64,000 nt of DNA. Origin: Torpedo marmorata. Taxonomy: Eukaryota. Positions within the stretch are counted from its first letter, which is position 1. Every line of letters starts with the position of its first letter. The position numbers were made by a program, and so were the translations under genes. Location: NCBI GenBank assembly GCA_977017645.1, contig OZ360227.1, positions 59,210,001 to 59,274,000 on the forward strand, given 5' to 3'. The notes under the pieces are model-generated. The model saw nothing but the letters and a program-made list of their open reading frames with translations. It ran no database searches and was not told the DNA's origin. Below are positions 32,721 to 44,335 of this stretch, in pieces.

Positions 32721-35700
32721 TGTGGTAAACCACTGTATATGTATTGTGGGCTGGTGATAGGTTTGGACATGCCCTGCTGACTGTCCCGGTGGCTCCTCCC
32801 CCTACCCCCTTGAATAAAGGCCATTGTGCCACAACTCCTCCCCCAGTCCGGGACAGATCATCAGCACGAATGTAGGTCCATTCTGTAGTTAATAAAAGCC
32901 TTTCAGTTCTAGTGCAACTTCCAGTCTTTTGGAGTTATTGATGGGCGTATCAATTTTATTAACTACATTTTGAAATGGAGAGCGTTCTGAGACCCGATAA
33001 ACTGGACATCGACCCGCAGGCATCGGACGCCAGTAACGCCTTCGAACTCTGGCTAGTCTGCTTTGAGTCATTTCTACGGGCGATCAAAGTGCAGGACGAA
33101 GAAGGAAAACGCATGGTCCTCCTCTCTAGGGTAAGCCCTCGAGTTTACTCAATGATCCGCGACTTGCAGACCTACGAGGAGGCGATGGAAGCACTGAAAC
33201 GGCAGTATATACAGCCTGTGAACTCGGTATACGCGAGGCACAGGCTAACGACGCGGCAGCAGCGGCCCGGGGAGTCGATCGCGGAGTTCGTACGGGCCAT
33301 ACAGACACTCGTGCGGGCGTGCGACTGCAGGGCGCTGACAGCCGAGCAGCATGCAGAGTTGCTGGGGAGAGACACTTTTGTAACGGGGATCAGGTCAGTG
33401 TACGTGCGCCAGCGACTGCTGGAGCATGCTGACCTGACCTTCCGTTCGGCCATGGAACTGGCCCACACGCTGGAGGCCGCGCTTCAGAACGCGGACGCTA
33501 TTCAAGCGCGCGATCTCCAGCAGGCCCCGTGGATGCCACCGACCCCCCACCCTGCTAGCGACCCGAATACTGCCGCCATCAGCCGCGAGCCCGAGAAATG
33601 TTATTTCTGCGGGCTCGAGAAGCACCCCCGAAAACGTTGCCCGGCCCGCGAAGCGACCTGCTCCAGCTGTGGTAAAAAAGGCCACTTTGCGAAGGCGTGC
33701 CGCTCAAAGCCACGAGCGGGGTCGAGCAGAGCCGCGTGCGAGATTCGGGGGTGGCCATCTTATGCACCGTCACTTCCGGCGCCGCCGTCCTACCTACCCA
33801 CCACTGCCAACACGTGCGAAGAATGGGGGCAGCCATCTTGGACCTCGTCACTTCCAGCGCCGCCATCTTACCGACCCGACGCTTCACTTCCAGCGCCGCC
33901 ATCTTACTGCCTCGACGCCAACACGTGCGACCCATGGGGGCGGCCATCTTCTTCCACTCCAGCGAGCCGACACAGGGTGCTACCCCGGGACAGCGGGCAC
34001 TCCATCGCGACGTCGGATCAAGACAATGACCTAACACTGGCGTCAGTGACACTCGACCAGAGCGCACCCCATCAACTATCGAGGTCAATGATGGACATTC
34101 TGGTCGAGGGACACAGGACAAACTGCCTGTTCGACACAGGCAGCACTGAGAGCTTTATCCACCCTGACACAGTGCAGCGATGTGGCCTCGTGACACTGCC
34201 GGTAAGCCAAACGGTTGCCATGGCTTCCGGGTCACACACAACAGATATCCGGGGGGGTTGTGTGGCGACGATAGTAGTACAGGGCACGCAATACCGGGAC
34301 TTCACACTATTGGTCATGCCCCGACTGTGTGCACCTGTACTACTGGGCCTCGATTTCCAGAGCCACCTCCAGAGTGTTACCATGAAATATGACGGGCCCC
34401 TCCCACCGATTACCGTCAGTAACCACCAGTTCCTCAGAAACACACGCCACACTACCTGCGGTCTAGCCACCATCAAGATCCCGCCCCCGTCGCTATTCGC
34501 CAACCTGACCTCTGACTGTAAACCTGTGGCGACCAAAAGCAGGAGATATAGCGCAGGGGACAGAGCGTTCATCAAGTCAGAGGTGAGGCGACAACTCGGG
34601 GAGGGGATCATTGAACCGAGCACGAGTCCCTGGAGGGCCCAGGTGGTCGTCGTGAAGAACGGGAACAAAAATAGGATGGTGGTGGATTACAGCCAGACCA
34701 TCAATAGGTTCACGCACCTCGACGCGTACCCCATGCCACCCATTGCGGATATGGTTAACCAGATAGCGCAATATAAGCTCTTCTCAACCATAGACCTCAA
34801 ATCCGCCTACAACCAGCTCCCCATCCGCCGAGAGGACCGCCCTTACACCGCCTTTGAGGCGGACGGCAGGCTCTACCATTTCCTGCGCGTCCCCTTTGGG
34901 GTTACAAATGGGGTATCCGTCTTCCAGAGGGAGATGGACAGGATGGTGGACCAGCACAATCTAAAAGCCACCTTCCCGTACCTGGACAATATCACTATCT
35001 GTGGTCACGATCGCCAGGACCACGACAACAACCTCCGGAAGTTCCTCCAGGCGGCCAAAGCACTTAATCTCACCTACAACAAGGATAAGTGCGTGTTCGG
35101 GACCACCCGACTCGCTATCCTGGGGTGTGTCATGGAGAACGGGGTCATCGGCCCCGACCCCGACCGCATGCGCCCCCTGTTGGAACTACCGCTTCCCCAC
35201 ACCCTCAAAGCCCTCAAAAGGTGCTTGGGCTTCTTTTCGTACTACGCCCAGTGGGTCCCTAATTATGCAGACAAGGCCCGCCCCCTAGTCAAGTCCACCA
35301 CTTTTCCCCTTGCAGCGGAGGCACGTGAGGCTTTCAGCCTCATAAAAGGGGACATTGCCAGAGCAGCAATGCACGCGGTGGACGAGTCCATCCCCTTCCA
35401 AGTCGAGAGTGACGCGTCCGACTTCGCACTGGCTGCTACCCTCAACCAGGCGGGAAGACCGGTGGCGTTCTTCTCCCATACCCTTCAAGGCCCAGAAATT
35501 CGGCACTCCACGGTGGAGAAAGAGGCCCAAGCCATAGTGGAAGCTATCAGGCACTGGAGGCACTATCTCACCGGCAAAAGCTTTACCCTGCTGACTGACC
35601 AGCGCTCAGTCGCATTTATGTTCAACAACCAGCAGCGGGGTAAAATCAAAAACGACAAAATCCTGAGGTGGATTATTGAACTCTCCTCCTTCAACTACGA

Positions 35701-37174
35701 TATCATGTACCGGCCCGGGAAGCTCAATGAGCCCTCCGATGCTCTATCCCGGGGGACGTGCGCTAGCGCACAGATCGACCGGTTATATGCCCTCCACTGC
35801 GATCTCTGCCACCCCGGAGTTACCAGGCTGTTTCACTTTGTGAAGGCCCGTAATCTACCGTACTCCCTAGAAGAAGTCAGGGTGATGACCAGCAGCTGCC
35901 AGGTCTGCGCGGAGTGCAAACCGCACTTCTACCGCCCTGACAGGGCACAGTTAGTTAAGGCGACCCGCCCTTTCGAGCGACTCAGCGTCGACTTCAAGGG
36001 CCCCCTCCCCTCCACCGACCGCAACGTGTACTTTCTCAACGTTATTGACGAGTACTCGTGGTTTCCTTTCGCCATCCCCTGCCCCGATACCTCGGCCACC
36101 TCTGTCATAAGAGCTTTCCGCAAGCTCTTCACCCTGTTCGGTTTCCCCTGCTACATCTATAGTGACCAGGGGTCCGCTTTCATGAGCGACGAGCTGAGAC
36201 AATATCTGCTGGCAAAGGGGATCGCCACTAGCAGGACCACGAGTTACAATCCTCGGGGTAACGGCCAGGTGGAAAGAGAGAACGCCACGGTCTGGAAGGC
36301 CACTCTCTTAGCACTTAGGTCTAAGGGACTACCAGTCTCCCGCTGGCAAGAAGTCCTTCCCGAGGCCCTCCATTCCATCCAGTCCCTGCTATGTACGTCC
36401 ACCAACGTGATTCCTCATGAGAGACTCTTTTCTTTCCCCAGGAAGTCGACCACCGGGACGACCCTACCAGCATGGCTGACGTCCCCAGGGCCAGTGCTGC
36501 TCCACAAACATATCAGGAGCAGTAAATACGCCCCAATGGTCGAGAGGGTCCAGTTAGCCCACGCCAACCCCCAGTACGCCTACGTGGTCTTCCCTGATGG
36601 GCGGGAAGACACCGTCTCCATCCGGGACCTGGCGCCCGCAGGAGCACCGGAACCCGCCCCTGAACACCCCCTTGTTACAATTACCCCCATGCAGACACAA
36701 GACGCACCATTCGATCCCGCCACGACACCACAATCACCAGCACTTTCGCCGTCACCCGGCGTTCCGGTACCCCAAACCAGGCAGGAGGTGGCTCCGCCGC
36801 CTGCCCCATCACCACAAGTACTGCGCTGATCACGACGTCAGACTCGACCGCCTGATCGACTTGATCTATGACTGTAAAATATTTTAGATGTGTTGTAGTG
36901 TTCACTTCACCCCGCTGGACTCTTTTAAAAGGAGGGGTGAATGTGGTAAACCACTGTATATGTATTGTGGGCTGGTGATAGGTTTGGACATGCCCAGCTG
37001 ACTGTCCCGGTGGCTCCTCCCCCTACCCCCCTTGAATAAAGGCCATTGTGCCACAACTCCTCCCCCAGTCCGGGACAGATCACCAGCACGAATGTAGGTC
37101 CATTCTGTAGTTAATAAAAGCCTTTCAGTTCTAGTGCAAATTCCAGTCTTTTGGAGTTATTGATGGGCGTATCA
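32721..37174 (+). mobile_element. Compact single-ORF Gypsy LTR retrotransposon (Mag-like), young and near-intact
   Basis: ~232-bp LTRs (32721-32952, 36942-37174) with about 4 differences; TSD aggtt; PPT aaaaggaggggtgaa; inserted in a CR1 3' fragment. Confidence 0.97.
32975..36829 (+). CDS. Gag-Pol polyprotein (2 Zn knuckles, PR, RT, RNase H, integrase)
   Basis: CYFC..H..C and CSSCGKKGHFAKAC; FDTGS; IDLKSAY, PFG, YLDN; SDASD, EKEA, TDQ, SDALS; HHCC, SVDFKG, SDQG, VERE. The stop is probably premature (family end RRSxRxTRPPDRLDL at ~36870). Confidence 0.96.
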   Translation: MESVLRPDKLDIDPQASDASNAFELWLVCFESFLRAIKVQDEEGKRMVLLSRVSPRVYSMIRDLQTYEEAMEALKRQYIQPVNSVYARHRLTTRQQRPGESIAEFVRAIQTLVRACDCRALTAEQHAELLGRDTFVTGIRSVYVRQRLLEHADLTFRSAMELAHTLEAALQNADAIQARDLQQAPWMPPTPHPASDPNTAAISREPEKCYFCGLEKHPRKRCPAREATCSSCGKKGHFAKACRSKPRAGSSRAACEIRGWPSYAPSLPAPPSYLPTTANTCEEWGQPSWTSSLPAPPSYRPDASLPAPPSYCLDANTCDPWGRPSSSTPASRHRVLPRDSGHSIATSDQDNDLTLASVTLDQSAPHQLSRSMMDILVEGHRTNCLFDTGSTESFIHPDTVQRCGLVTLPVSQTVAMASGSHTTDIRGGCVATIVVQGTQYRDFTLLVMPRLCAPVLLGLDFQSHLQSVTMKYDGPLPPITVSNHQFLRNTRHTTCGLATIKIPPPSLFANLTSDCKPVATKSRRYSAGDRAFIKSEVRRQLGEGIIEPSTSPWRAQVVVVKNGNKNRMVVDYSQTINRFTHLDAYPMPPIADMVNQIAQYKLFSTIDLKSAYNQLPIRREDRPYTAFEADGRLYHFLRVPFGVTNGVSVFQREMDRMVDQHNLKATFPYLDNITICGHDRQDHDNNLRKFLQAAKALNLTYNKDKCVFGTTRLAILGCVMENGVIGPDPDRMRPLLELPLPHTLKALKRCLGFFSYYAQWVPNYADKARPLVKSTTFPLAAEAREAFSLIKGDIARAAMHAVDESIPFQVESDASDFALAATLNQAGRPVAFFSHTLQGPEIRHSTVEKEAQAIVEAIRHWRHYLTGKSFTLLTDQRSVAFMFNNQQRGKIKNDKILRWIIELSSFNYDIMYRPGKLNEPSDALSRGTCASAQIDRLYALHCDLCHPGVTRLFHFVKARNLPYSLEEVRVMTSSCQVCAECKPHFYRPDRAQLVKATRPFERLSVDFKGPLPSTDRNVYFLNVIDEYSWFPFAIPCPDTSATSVIRAFRKLFTLFGFPCYIYSDQGSAFMSDELRQYLLAKGIATSRTTSYNPRGNGQVERENATVWKATLLALRSKGLPVSRWQEVLPEALHSIQSLLCTSTNVIPHERLFSFPRKSTTGTTLPAWLTSPGPVLLHKHIRSSKYAPMVERVQLAHANPQYAYVVFPDGREDTVSIRDLAPAGAPEPAPEHPLVTITPMQTQDAPFDPATTPQSPALSPSPGVPVPQTRQEVAPPPAPSPQVLR

Positions 37175-37599
37175 AGGTTTTGAGGAGAAACTAGATGGGC
37201 TGGGATTGTTTACCCTGGAGTGCAGGAGACTCAGGGATGATCTGAGAGAGGTTTATAAAATCATGAGGGGCATAGATAGGGAGATAGTCAGGGTCTTTTT
37301 TCCAAGAATAGGAGACTTTAAAATTAGAGGTGAGAGGGGAAATACTTAGAGGATTTGAGATGGTTGGTGGGTATATGGAATGAATTTCCAGAGGAGGTCA
37401 TAAAGGCAGGTACGATTCTAACTTTTAAAAGACACTTGGACAGGTTCATGGATAGAATGGATTTAGAGTGATGTGGGTCAAATAAAAGCAAAAGGTAATG
37501 GTGTGGATAGGTATCTTTGTTGGTGTGAATGAGCTAGCCTGTTTTCATACAGTGTAACTCTGCAAATCTATGAATTCCTAAGCACTTGATTTATTACTT

Positions 37600-38200
37600 T
37601 TTTAATTTATAGATACAGCATGGTAACAGACACTTCCAGCCCACAAGCCTATGCTGCCTAATTACACCCAAGTGACCAAGTCATCCTCCAACCCCGTACA
37701 TCTTTGGAACAACCAGAGCACCTGGTTGAAACCCACCTGGACATGGTGATAACGTACAAACTCCCTACAGACAACACTGGATCTGAATCCAGTTGGCTGG
37801 CGCTGTAATAGCGTTGGGCTAACCACTGCATTGACTGTGCCGCCCCATCTAATTTGGATGACTAAGAGACAGTGTCGTGGAGTCATACAACACAAAACAG
37901 GCCCTTCAGCGAACTACCACGGACCAATCAAATTTTTTTTTAATTTAAATTTAGACATACAGCATGGTAACAAGGCCCTTTCGGCCCAGGAGCCCATGAC
38001 GCCTAATTACACCCAATTGACCTACAACTCCCGATACGTTTTGAACGGTGGGAGGAAACCGAAGCCCCGGGGAAAACCCATGCAGACACGGGGAAAACGT
38101 ACAAACTCCTTACAGAAAGTGTGGGATTCGAACCCCGGTCCCGATTGCTGGCGCTGTAACAGCGTTGTGTTAACTGCTACGCTAACCATGCCGCCCACTA
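37600..38200 (-). mobile_element. Two V-SINE copies
   Basis: Antisense SINE head, core and tail at ~37600-37850 and ~37940-38200. Confidence 0.8.
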
Positions 38201-38717
38201 AATGTATCCATTTACCAGCACTTGGTAACCTTCTATGCCTTGTCAATTCGTGTCCTCATCCAGATAGTTCTTAAATGTGATGAGAGTCCTTGCCTCCACC
38301 ACCCTCTCAGGCATTGCTTCCAAACACCAGCTGTCCTCAGGGTAATACAAAATCTTCGTCTATCCCCCCTGAACCTCTTACACCTTACCTTAAACCCATG
38401 CCCTCTTGTCATGGATCCTCTGCTATGGGTGAAAGTTTGCTTCTGTCTGCCCTATCTATACCCATCGTTATTTTTACATATCGATCAATCCTTCCTCCCT
38501 CAGTCTTCTCTGCCCTTGAGGAAAACAGAACCTGTCTATCCAGTCTATCTTCATTCTGCAAGAGATAGCTTCAGAGCTGGTGGATGCTCCAGTTATCACC
38601 TTGCATAGTTCTATAGATTCTGGAATTATCCGTGTGGATTAGCGGGTGATTCGACAGTTTAGAAAAGGAGGGAGAGGAAAGGGGAGAATGACCGTCTTGC
38701 TATTGGTGGGGAAATTG

Positions 38718-39151
38718 GTTTTTTTTTTTTTGTTTTTTTTTTTTTTTATAATTTTATTTAATTTTTTAAAATCACAAAATACATATATCAAAAAAATAAT
38801 GTATTATTGAAAATACATGTGATATATTACCACCCCCCCTTCCCGCCCTCCCCTCCCCAACCCTCCCAGGCTATCTAATAAAAAAGAAAAAATAGAATAT
38901 AAAAATGTTAGTTAAAAGAAAAGAAATAGATTGAATAATAAAGTTAAGAAAGTTAGTGTTAGTGTGAGGAGAAAACTATTTCAAGCTAACTCTACTTGTA
39001 TATTGGAGGTTACTTTGTCAGCGGTACTAACTTCTAGAGAATTAATTCATACCCATAATTCTCATGTATGGGCTCCAAATTTTCAGAAAGAAATGATATT
39101 TATCTCGTAAATTATATGTAATTTTTTCCAATGTTATACACGAGCGTAACC
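38718..39151 (-). mobile_element. L1-clade 3' end (same family as 13287-14988)
   Basis: Poly(T), LEKITYNLR-type end and 12-bp TSD gtggggaaattg (38706-38717, 39152-39163). Confidence 0.85.
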
Positions 39152-39489
39152 GTGGGGAAATTGTTGACATCTAAATTGAAGGATACAGTGACAGTATAGC
39201 TTGCAAACAATAATAGGTTTGAGCATATGGATTTATAAACAGAAACCATATTCGTTAACCTCCTGAGGTTCTTTGAGAATATGACGTGAAATAGATTGGG
39301 GTAAATTCAGTAAAAGTGGTATATTTGGATTTTCAAGGAATATTTAACAAGGCATATAGCAGGTTGATCAACAAGGTTAGATGACGTGGAATTTGGGGGT
39401 AATGTATTGAGAAGAATTGAGAATTGATGATTGGACAGAAAACAAAATACAGGAGTAAAAGGCTCCTTCTGAAGTTGAAAGACTGTGAT

Positions 39490-41053
39490 AGTGAGATAGT
39501 GAGATAGCCTGTGATATCTGTCTCTGAGGGCGACGTCAGAACATCATTCAAGAGGGTGAACCCTCGCAAGGCGTCAGGCCCTGACGGCGTACCTGGCAGG
39601 GTATTGAAAATCTGCGCCAACCAACTAGCCGGAGTGTTCACGGACATTTTCAACCTCTCATTGCGGCAGTCAGAGGTTCCCACCTGCTTCAAAAGGGCAT
39701 CAATCATCCCGGTGCCCAAGAAGAGTAGTGTGAGCTGCCTCAACGACTATCGCCCAGTAGCACTAACTTCTACGGTGATGAAATGTTTTGAGAGGCTGGT
39801 CATGGCCAGAATTAACACATACCTAAGCAAAGATCTGGACCCACTCCAATTCGCCTATCGTCACAATCGCTCCACAGCAGATGCAATATCGCTGGCTCTC
39901 CACTCAGCTCTGGATCACCTCGAAAACAGCAATTCATACATACGGCTGCTCTTCATAGACTACAGCTCGGCCTTCAATACCATTATTCCCTCAGTGCTGG
40001 TCAAGAAGCTACAAACTCTAGGCCTCTGTACCCCACTCTGCAACTGGATCCTTGACTTTCTCATCGGAAGACCACAATCAGTACGAATTGGAAACAACGT
40101 CTCCTCCTCACTGATTATCAACACAGGCGCACCCCAAGGATGTGTGCTTAGCCCACTGCTCTACTCGCTATACACTCATGACTGTGAGGCCAGGCACAAT
40201 TCCAATGCCATATACAAGTTTGCCGATGACACCACAGTTGTCGGCAGAATCACAAACGGCAATGAGGAAGCGTACAGGAGGGAGATAGATCAGCTCATTG
40301 AATGGTGTAATGACAACAACCTCGAGCTCAACGTCAGTAAAACCAAGGAGATGATTGTGGACTTCAGGAGGAAGTCAGGGGAACACAACCCAGTCCTCAT
40401 CGAGGGCTCAGTCGTGGAGAGGGTCAAGAACTTCAAATTCCTGGGTGTCAACATCTCCGAGGATCTGTCCTGGAGCATCCACGTGGATGCAATCACAAAG
40501 AAGGCTCGTCAGCGGCTATACTTTGTGAGGCGATTGCGGAGATTCGGTATGTCGCCAAAGACTCTTGTGAACTTCTACAGGTGTACCGTGGAGAGCATTC
40601 TAGCTGGTTGCATCACTGCCTGGTATGGTGGTGCCAACTCCCAGGACAAGTGCAAACTCCAGAAGGTTGTTACCTCGGCTTGTGACATCACGGGCACCAA
40701 ACTTCACTCCATCGAGGACATATACATGAGGCGATGTCTTAATAAAGCAGCCTCTATCCTCAAGGACCCCCACCACCCAGGCCATGCCCTCTTCACGCTG
40801 CTTCCATCGGGGAAAAGGTACAGGAGCCTAAAGACGAGCACTCAACGGCACAAGGTCAGCTTCTTCCCCGCTGCCATCAGATTCCTGAACAATCAATGAA
40901 CCAAAGACACTAGTGCACTATTGTTTATAATTTTTATATAGTAATGTCGTTAGAATGGTTAATATGAATGTTAATTGCACTATGATGCTGCCGCAAAGCA
41001 CCGAATTTCATGACTTGTTCATGACAATAAATTCTGATTCTGATTCTGATTCT
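39490..41053 (+). mobile_element. Rex1/Babar-type LINE, 5'-truncated, with open RT ORF 39511-40899
   Basis: [44 protein letters not shown]; AATAAA followed by (attctg)n tail. Confidence 0.92.
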
Positions 41054-41849
41054 TCAGTGCTTGGGCCCAAGCTTGTCACAATCTGTATCAATGATTTGGC
41101 TTAGGGAATGAAATTTGCTGTCGATATTAAATGAGATGGGGTTGTATAAAAGTTTTACAGGATTATGGTGAGAACAAGCAGATGGATACAGTTGGAGAGG
41201 CATGAGATCATCCATTTAAAAGAATGAATGAACGGTTTATTGTCATATACATGAGTACAATGTAGTGAAAGTCTTACTTGCTGCAACTTCCCTGGTGTAT
41301 AAAACACAACATGTAACAACATACAAAAGGAGAGAAGAAAAGATAATAAAGTATGATAGAAGAGGAAAACAATATTCACAGTTAGTCATTCTGTCAAAAT
41401 TGCTGAGTCGAAAGAGTAGTCATACCTTTAGTAGTACTGGAGTAGTGTCATGCTGAGGGTAGTGTGGGAAGGTTCAAGAGCTTGACACAATCTGCTGGAG
41501 GAACTCAACAGAGAAGCAGCATCAGTGGAAGAAATAGAATGTTTTACATTTCAGGCTGGAACCCTTCATAGTCCTGATAAAGAGTTTCAGCTGATTGTCT
41601 TTGGCTTCATATTCTGCCATCTGTGTCTCTGGGGTCGTGGAGGAAAATTTTAAATTTGCTGGTTTAATTGCTAGTTCACTCAGAAACTTTCTCTGGGGCC
41701 CAGCAAGGTTGACTGTTGATAACAAATATTCTATCAATCTCCTAGCCCACAGCTATCCCCCCATAGCTAAGCCCAATAAATTGTGTTGTAAGGTCAAGAG
41801 CGTGATGCCTGCTGGAATAAAATCTTCTCGTGAACCTAGACTTAGAGAG

Positions 41850-42690
41850 TCAAAGTCATACAGTGTGGAAACAGGCCCTTTGGCCCAACTTGCCCACACC
41901 AACCAAAATGTCCACCCGCACTAGTCCAACCTGCCTGCATTTGGCCCAAATCCCTCAAAACATATCCTATCCTTTTACCTGTTCAATTTTTTCTTCATCA
42001 TGGCAATAGTACCACCTCCTCCGGCAGCCCATTCCATACACCCACCACCCTCTGCGTAAAAATGTTACCCATCAGGTTCCTGTTAAATCTCTCCCCTCTC
42101 ACCTTACACCTATGTCCTCTGGTTACTTATTCCCCTACTCTGGGCAACTGACTCTGTGCGTTCACCCGATCTATTTCTCTCATGAATTTGTATAGATCAC
42201 CCCTCATCCTCCTGTGCTCGAAGCCCTTGCCTACTCCATCTCTCTCTACAGCTCAGGGCCCTGAGAACTGGCAACATCCTCATAAATCTTCTCTGCACCC
42301 TCTCTAGCTTGACAACATCTTTCCTGCAGTATGGTGACCAAAACTGAACACAATACTCTAAATGTGGCCTCACCAACGTCTTTTACAACTGCAACATAAC
42401 ATCTCAACTTCTATACTCAGTAATCTGATTAATGAAGGCCAATGTGCTGAAAGCCTTTTTGACCACCTGTGATGCCACTTTCAAGGTATATGTGCCTGTA
42501 CTCCTGGATCTCTCTGCTCTAACCACTCCCCAGATCCCTACCATTCACTACCCACATTCGACCTCCCAAAATGCAATACCTCTCATTTTTCTGTATTAAA
42601 TTCATTCTTCTGCCCACATGCCCAACTGATCAGAGTCCCACAGCAATCTGACAATTGTCTTCAATTTCTACTATACCAGACACTTTAGTA
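41850..42690 (-). mobile_element. CR1 3' fragment
   Basis: Closely similar to 770-1230. Confidence 0.8.
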
Positions 42691-42954
42691 TTCAGTGGTA
42701 GCTTCTTGAACTGTTCTTGAATTTAACATGAACATGATTTTTTTTAAATGTTGAGAGACAGAGTAATAGTGATCTCCAAAAGGACCAGGGTGTGCTTGTA
42801 CAAGTTTCTGAAGGCCAAGATGCATGTAGAACAAACAACTCCACACAAACTGCACCCTGGTCAGGATTGAACCACATCATTAGAGCTGTGAGGCATCAGC
42901 TCCACTAGCTACTCCATTGTGCCACTACTTAAAGGACCCCCATCACCCTGGGCA

Positions 42955-43840
42955 GGAAAATGCAGAGGGACTTGGACAGGTTGGGGGAGTGGGCTGAAGA
43001 ATGGAAAATGAAGTTCAATGTGAGCAAATGTGAGGTTATCCATTTTGGGGGCAGTAATAGGAAAGCAGAGTATTATCTAAATGGTGACAAGCTAGGGAGT
43101 GGGGAAGTGCAAATGGATCTGGGTGTACTTGTTCACCAGTCACTGAAGGCTAACATGCAGGTACAGAAAGCTGTGAAGAAGGCAAATGGCATGTTGGCTT
43201 TCATAAAGAGGGGATTGGACTATAGGAGCAGAGACACCCTTCTGCAGTTGTACAGGGCCCTGGTGAGACCCCACCTGGAGTATTGCGTCCAGTTCTGGTC
43301 TCCAAATTTGAGGAAGGACATACTAGCTATAGAGGGTGTGCAGCGCAGATTTACAAGGTTAGTTCCAGGAATGGCAGGGTTGACATATGCTGAAAGGTTA
43401 GAAAAACTGGACTTATATTCGATGGAGTTTAGGAGGATGAGGGGGGATATGATTGAGGTTTACAAAATTATCAAGGGGATAGACAGGGTGAAGTCAGATT
43501 ACTTGTTCCCAATGATGGGAGAGACGAGGACTAGAGGGCATAGTTTAAGAATTCAGGGAAGGCCCTTTAGGACGGAGATGAGAAAAAATTTCTTTAGCCA
43601 GAGAAGTGTGAATCTGTGGAATGCTCTGCCACAGAGGGTGGTAGAGGCAGATTCGCTGATTATGTTCAAAAGAGAGTTAGATAAGACTCTAATGGGCAGA
43701 GGATTTAAGGGTTATGGGGATAAGGCTGGTAAGGGGTACTGATAGTAGTGATCAGCCATGATCTGTAAAATGGCGGTGCTGGCTCGACGGGCCGAAGGGC
43801 CTACTCCAGCTCCTATTGTCTATTGTCTATTGTCTATTGT
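42955..43840 (+). mobile_element. Young CR1 3' fragment with open ORF 42960-43742
   Basis: MQRDLDRL.EWA..W.MKFN..KC; LYRALVRPHLEYCVQFW; tail gggccgaagggcct followed by (tattgtc)n. Confidence 0.92.
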
Positions 43841-43919
43841 CACTGCTATCTTCAGGCAGATGGTACAGAAGCCCGAAAGCCAGCACCTCTAGGTTCAAGA
43901 ACAGTTTCTTTCCAACGGC

Positions 43920-44335
43920 TGCAATGCACAAAAGTTCTGGAGAAACTCAGAAGATCACACAACATCTATAGATGTATAGTAAGCCCTTCGTCAAGGTATG
44001 AGCAAAAAGCAGGCAGGCACGTGAATAAAAAGGTAGTGGAGGAGAGGAGAGGAGGGAGGAAGGGGCAGGGGGAGGAGCATGGGCTAACAGGTAAGAGGTC
44101 ATAGTTAGATACAGGTGGGAGGGTAGAAGAAGAAAAAAAGCTGTGAAGTGATAAGGGGAGAGAATAGCTCTCTGATAGGAGAGGGAAGAGAAAAGGGTGG
44201 AGGAAAGGAGACAGAGGGATAGGGAAAAGGAGAGAGTCGGGGAGGGGTTTAACGGAATCTGGAGGTCAATGTTCATGCCGTCTGGTCTGAGAGTACCCAG
44301 AAAAAATATTAGGTGTTGTTCCTCCAATTTGGTAG
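43920..44335 (-). mobile_element. Penelope 3' fragment
   Basis: KLEEQHLIFFLGTLRPDGMNID and partial hammerhead. Confidence 0.8.
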
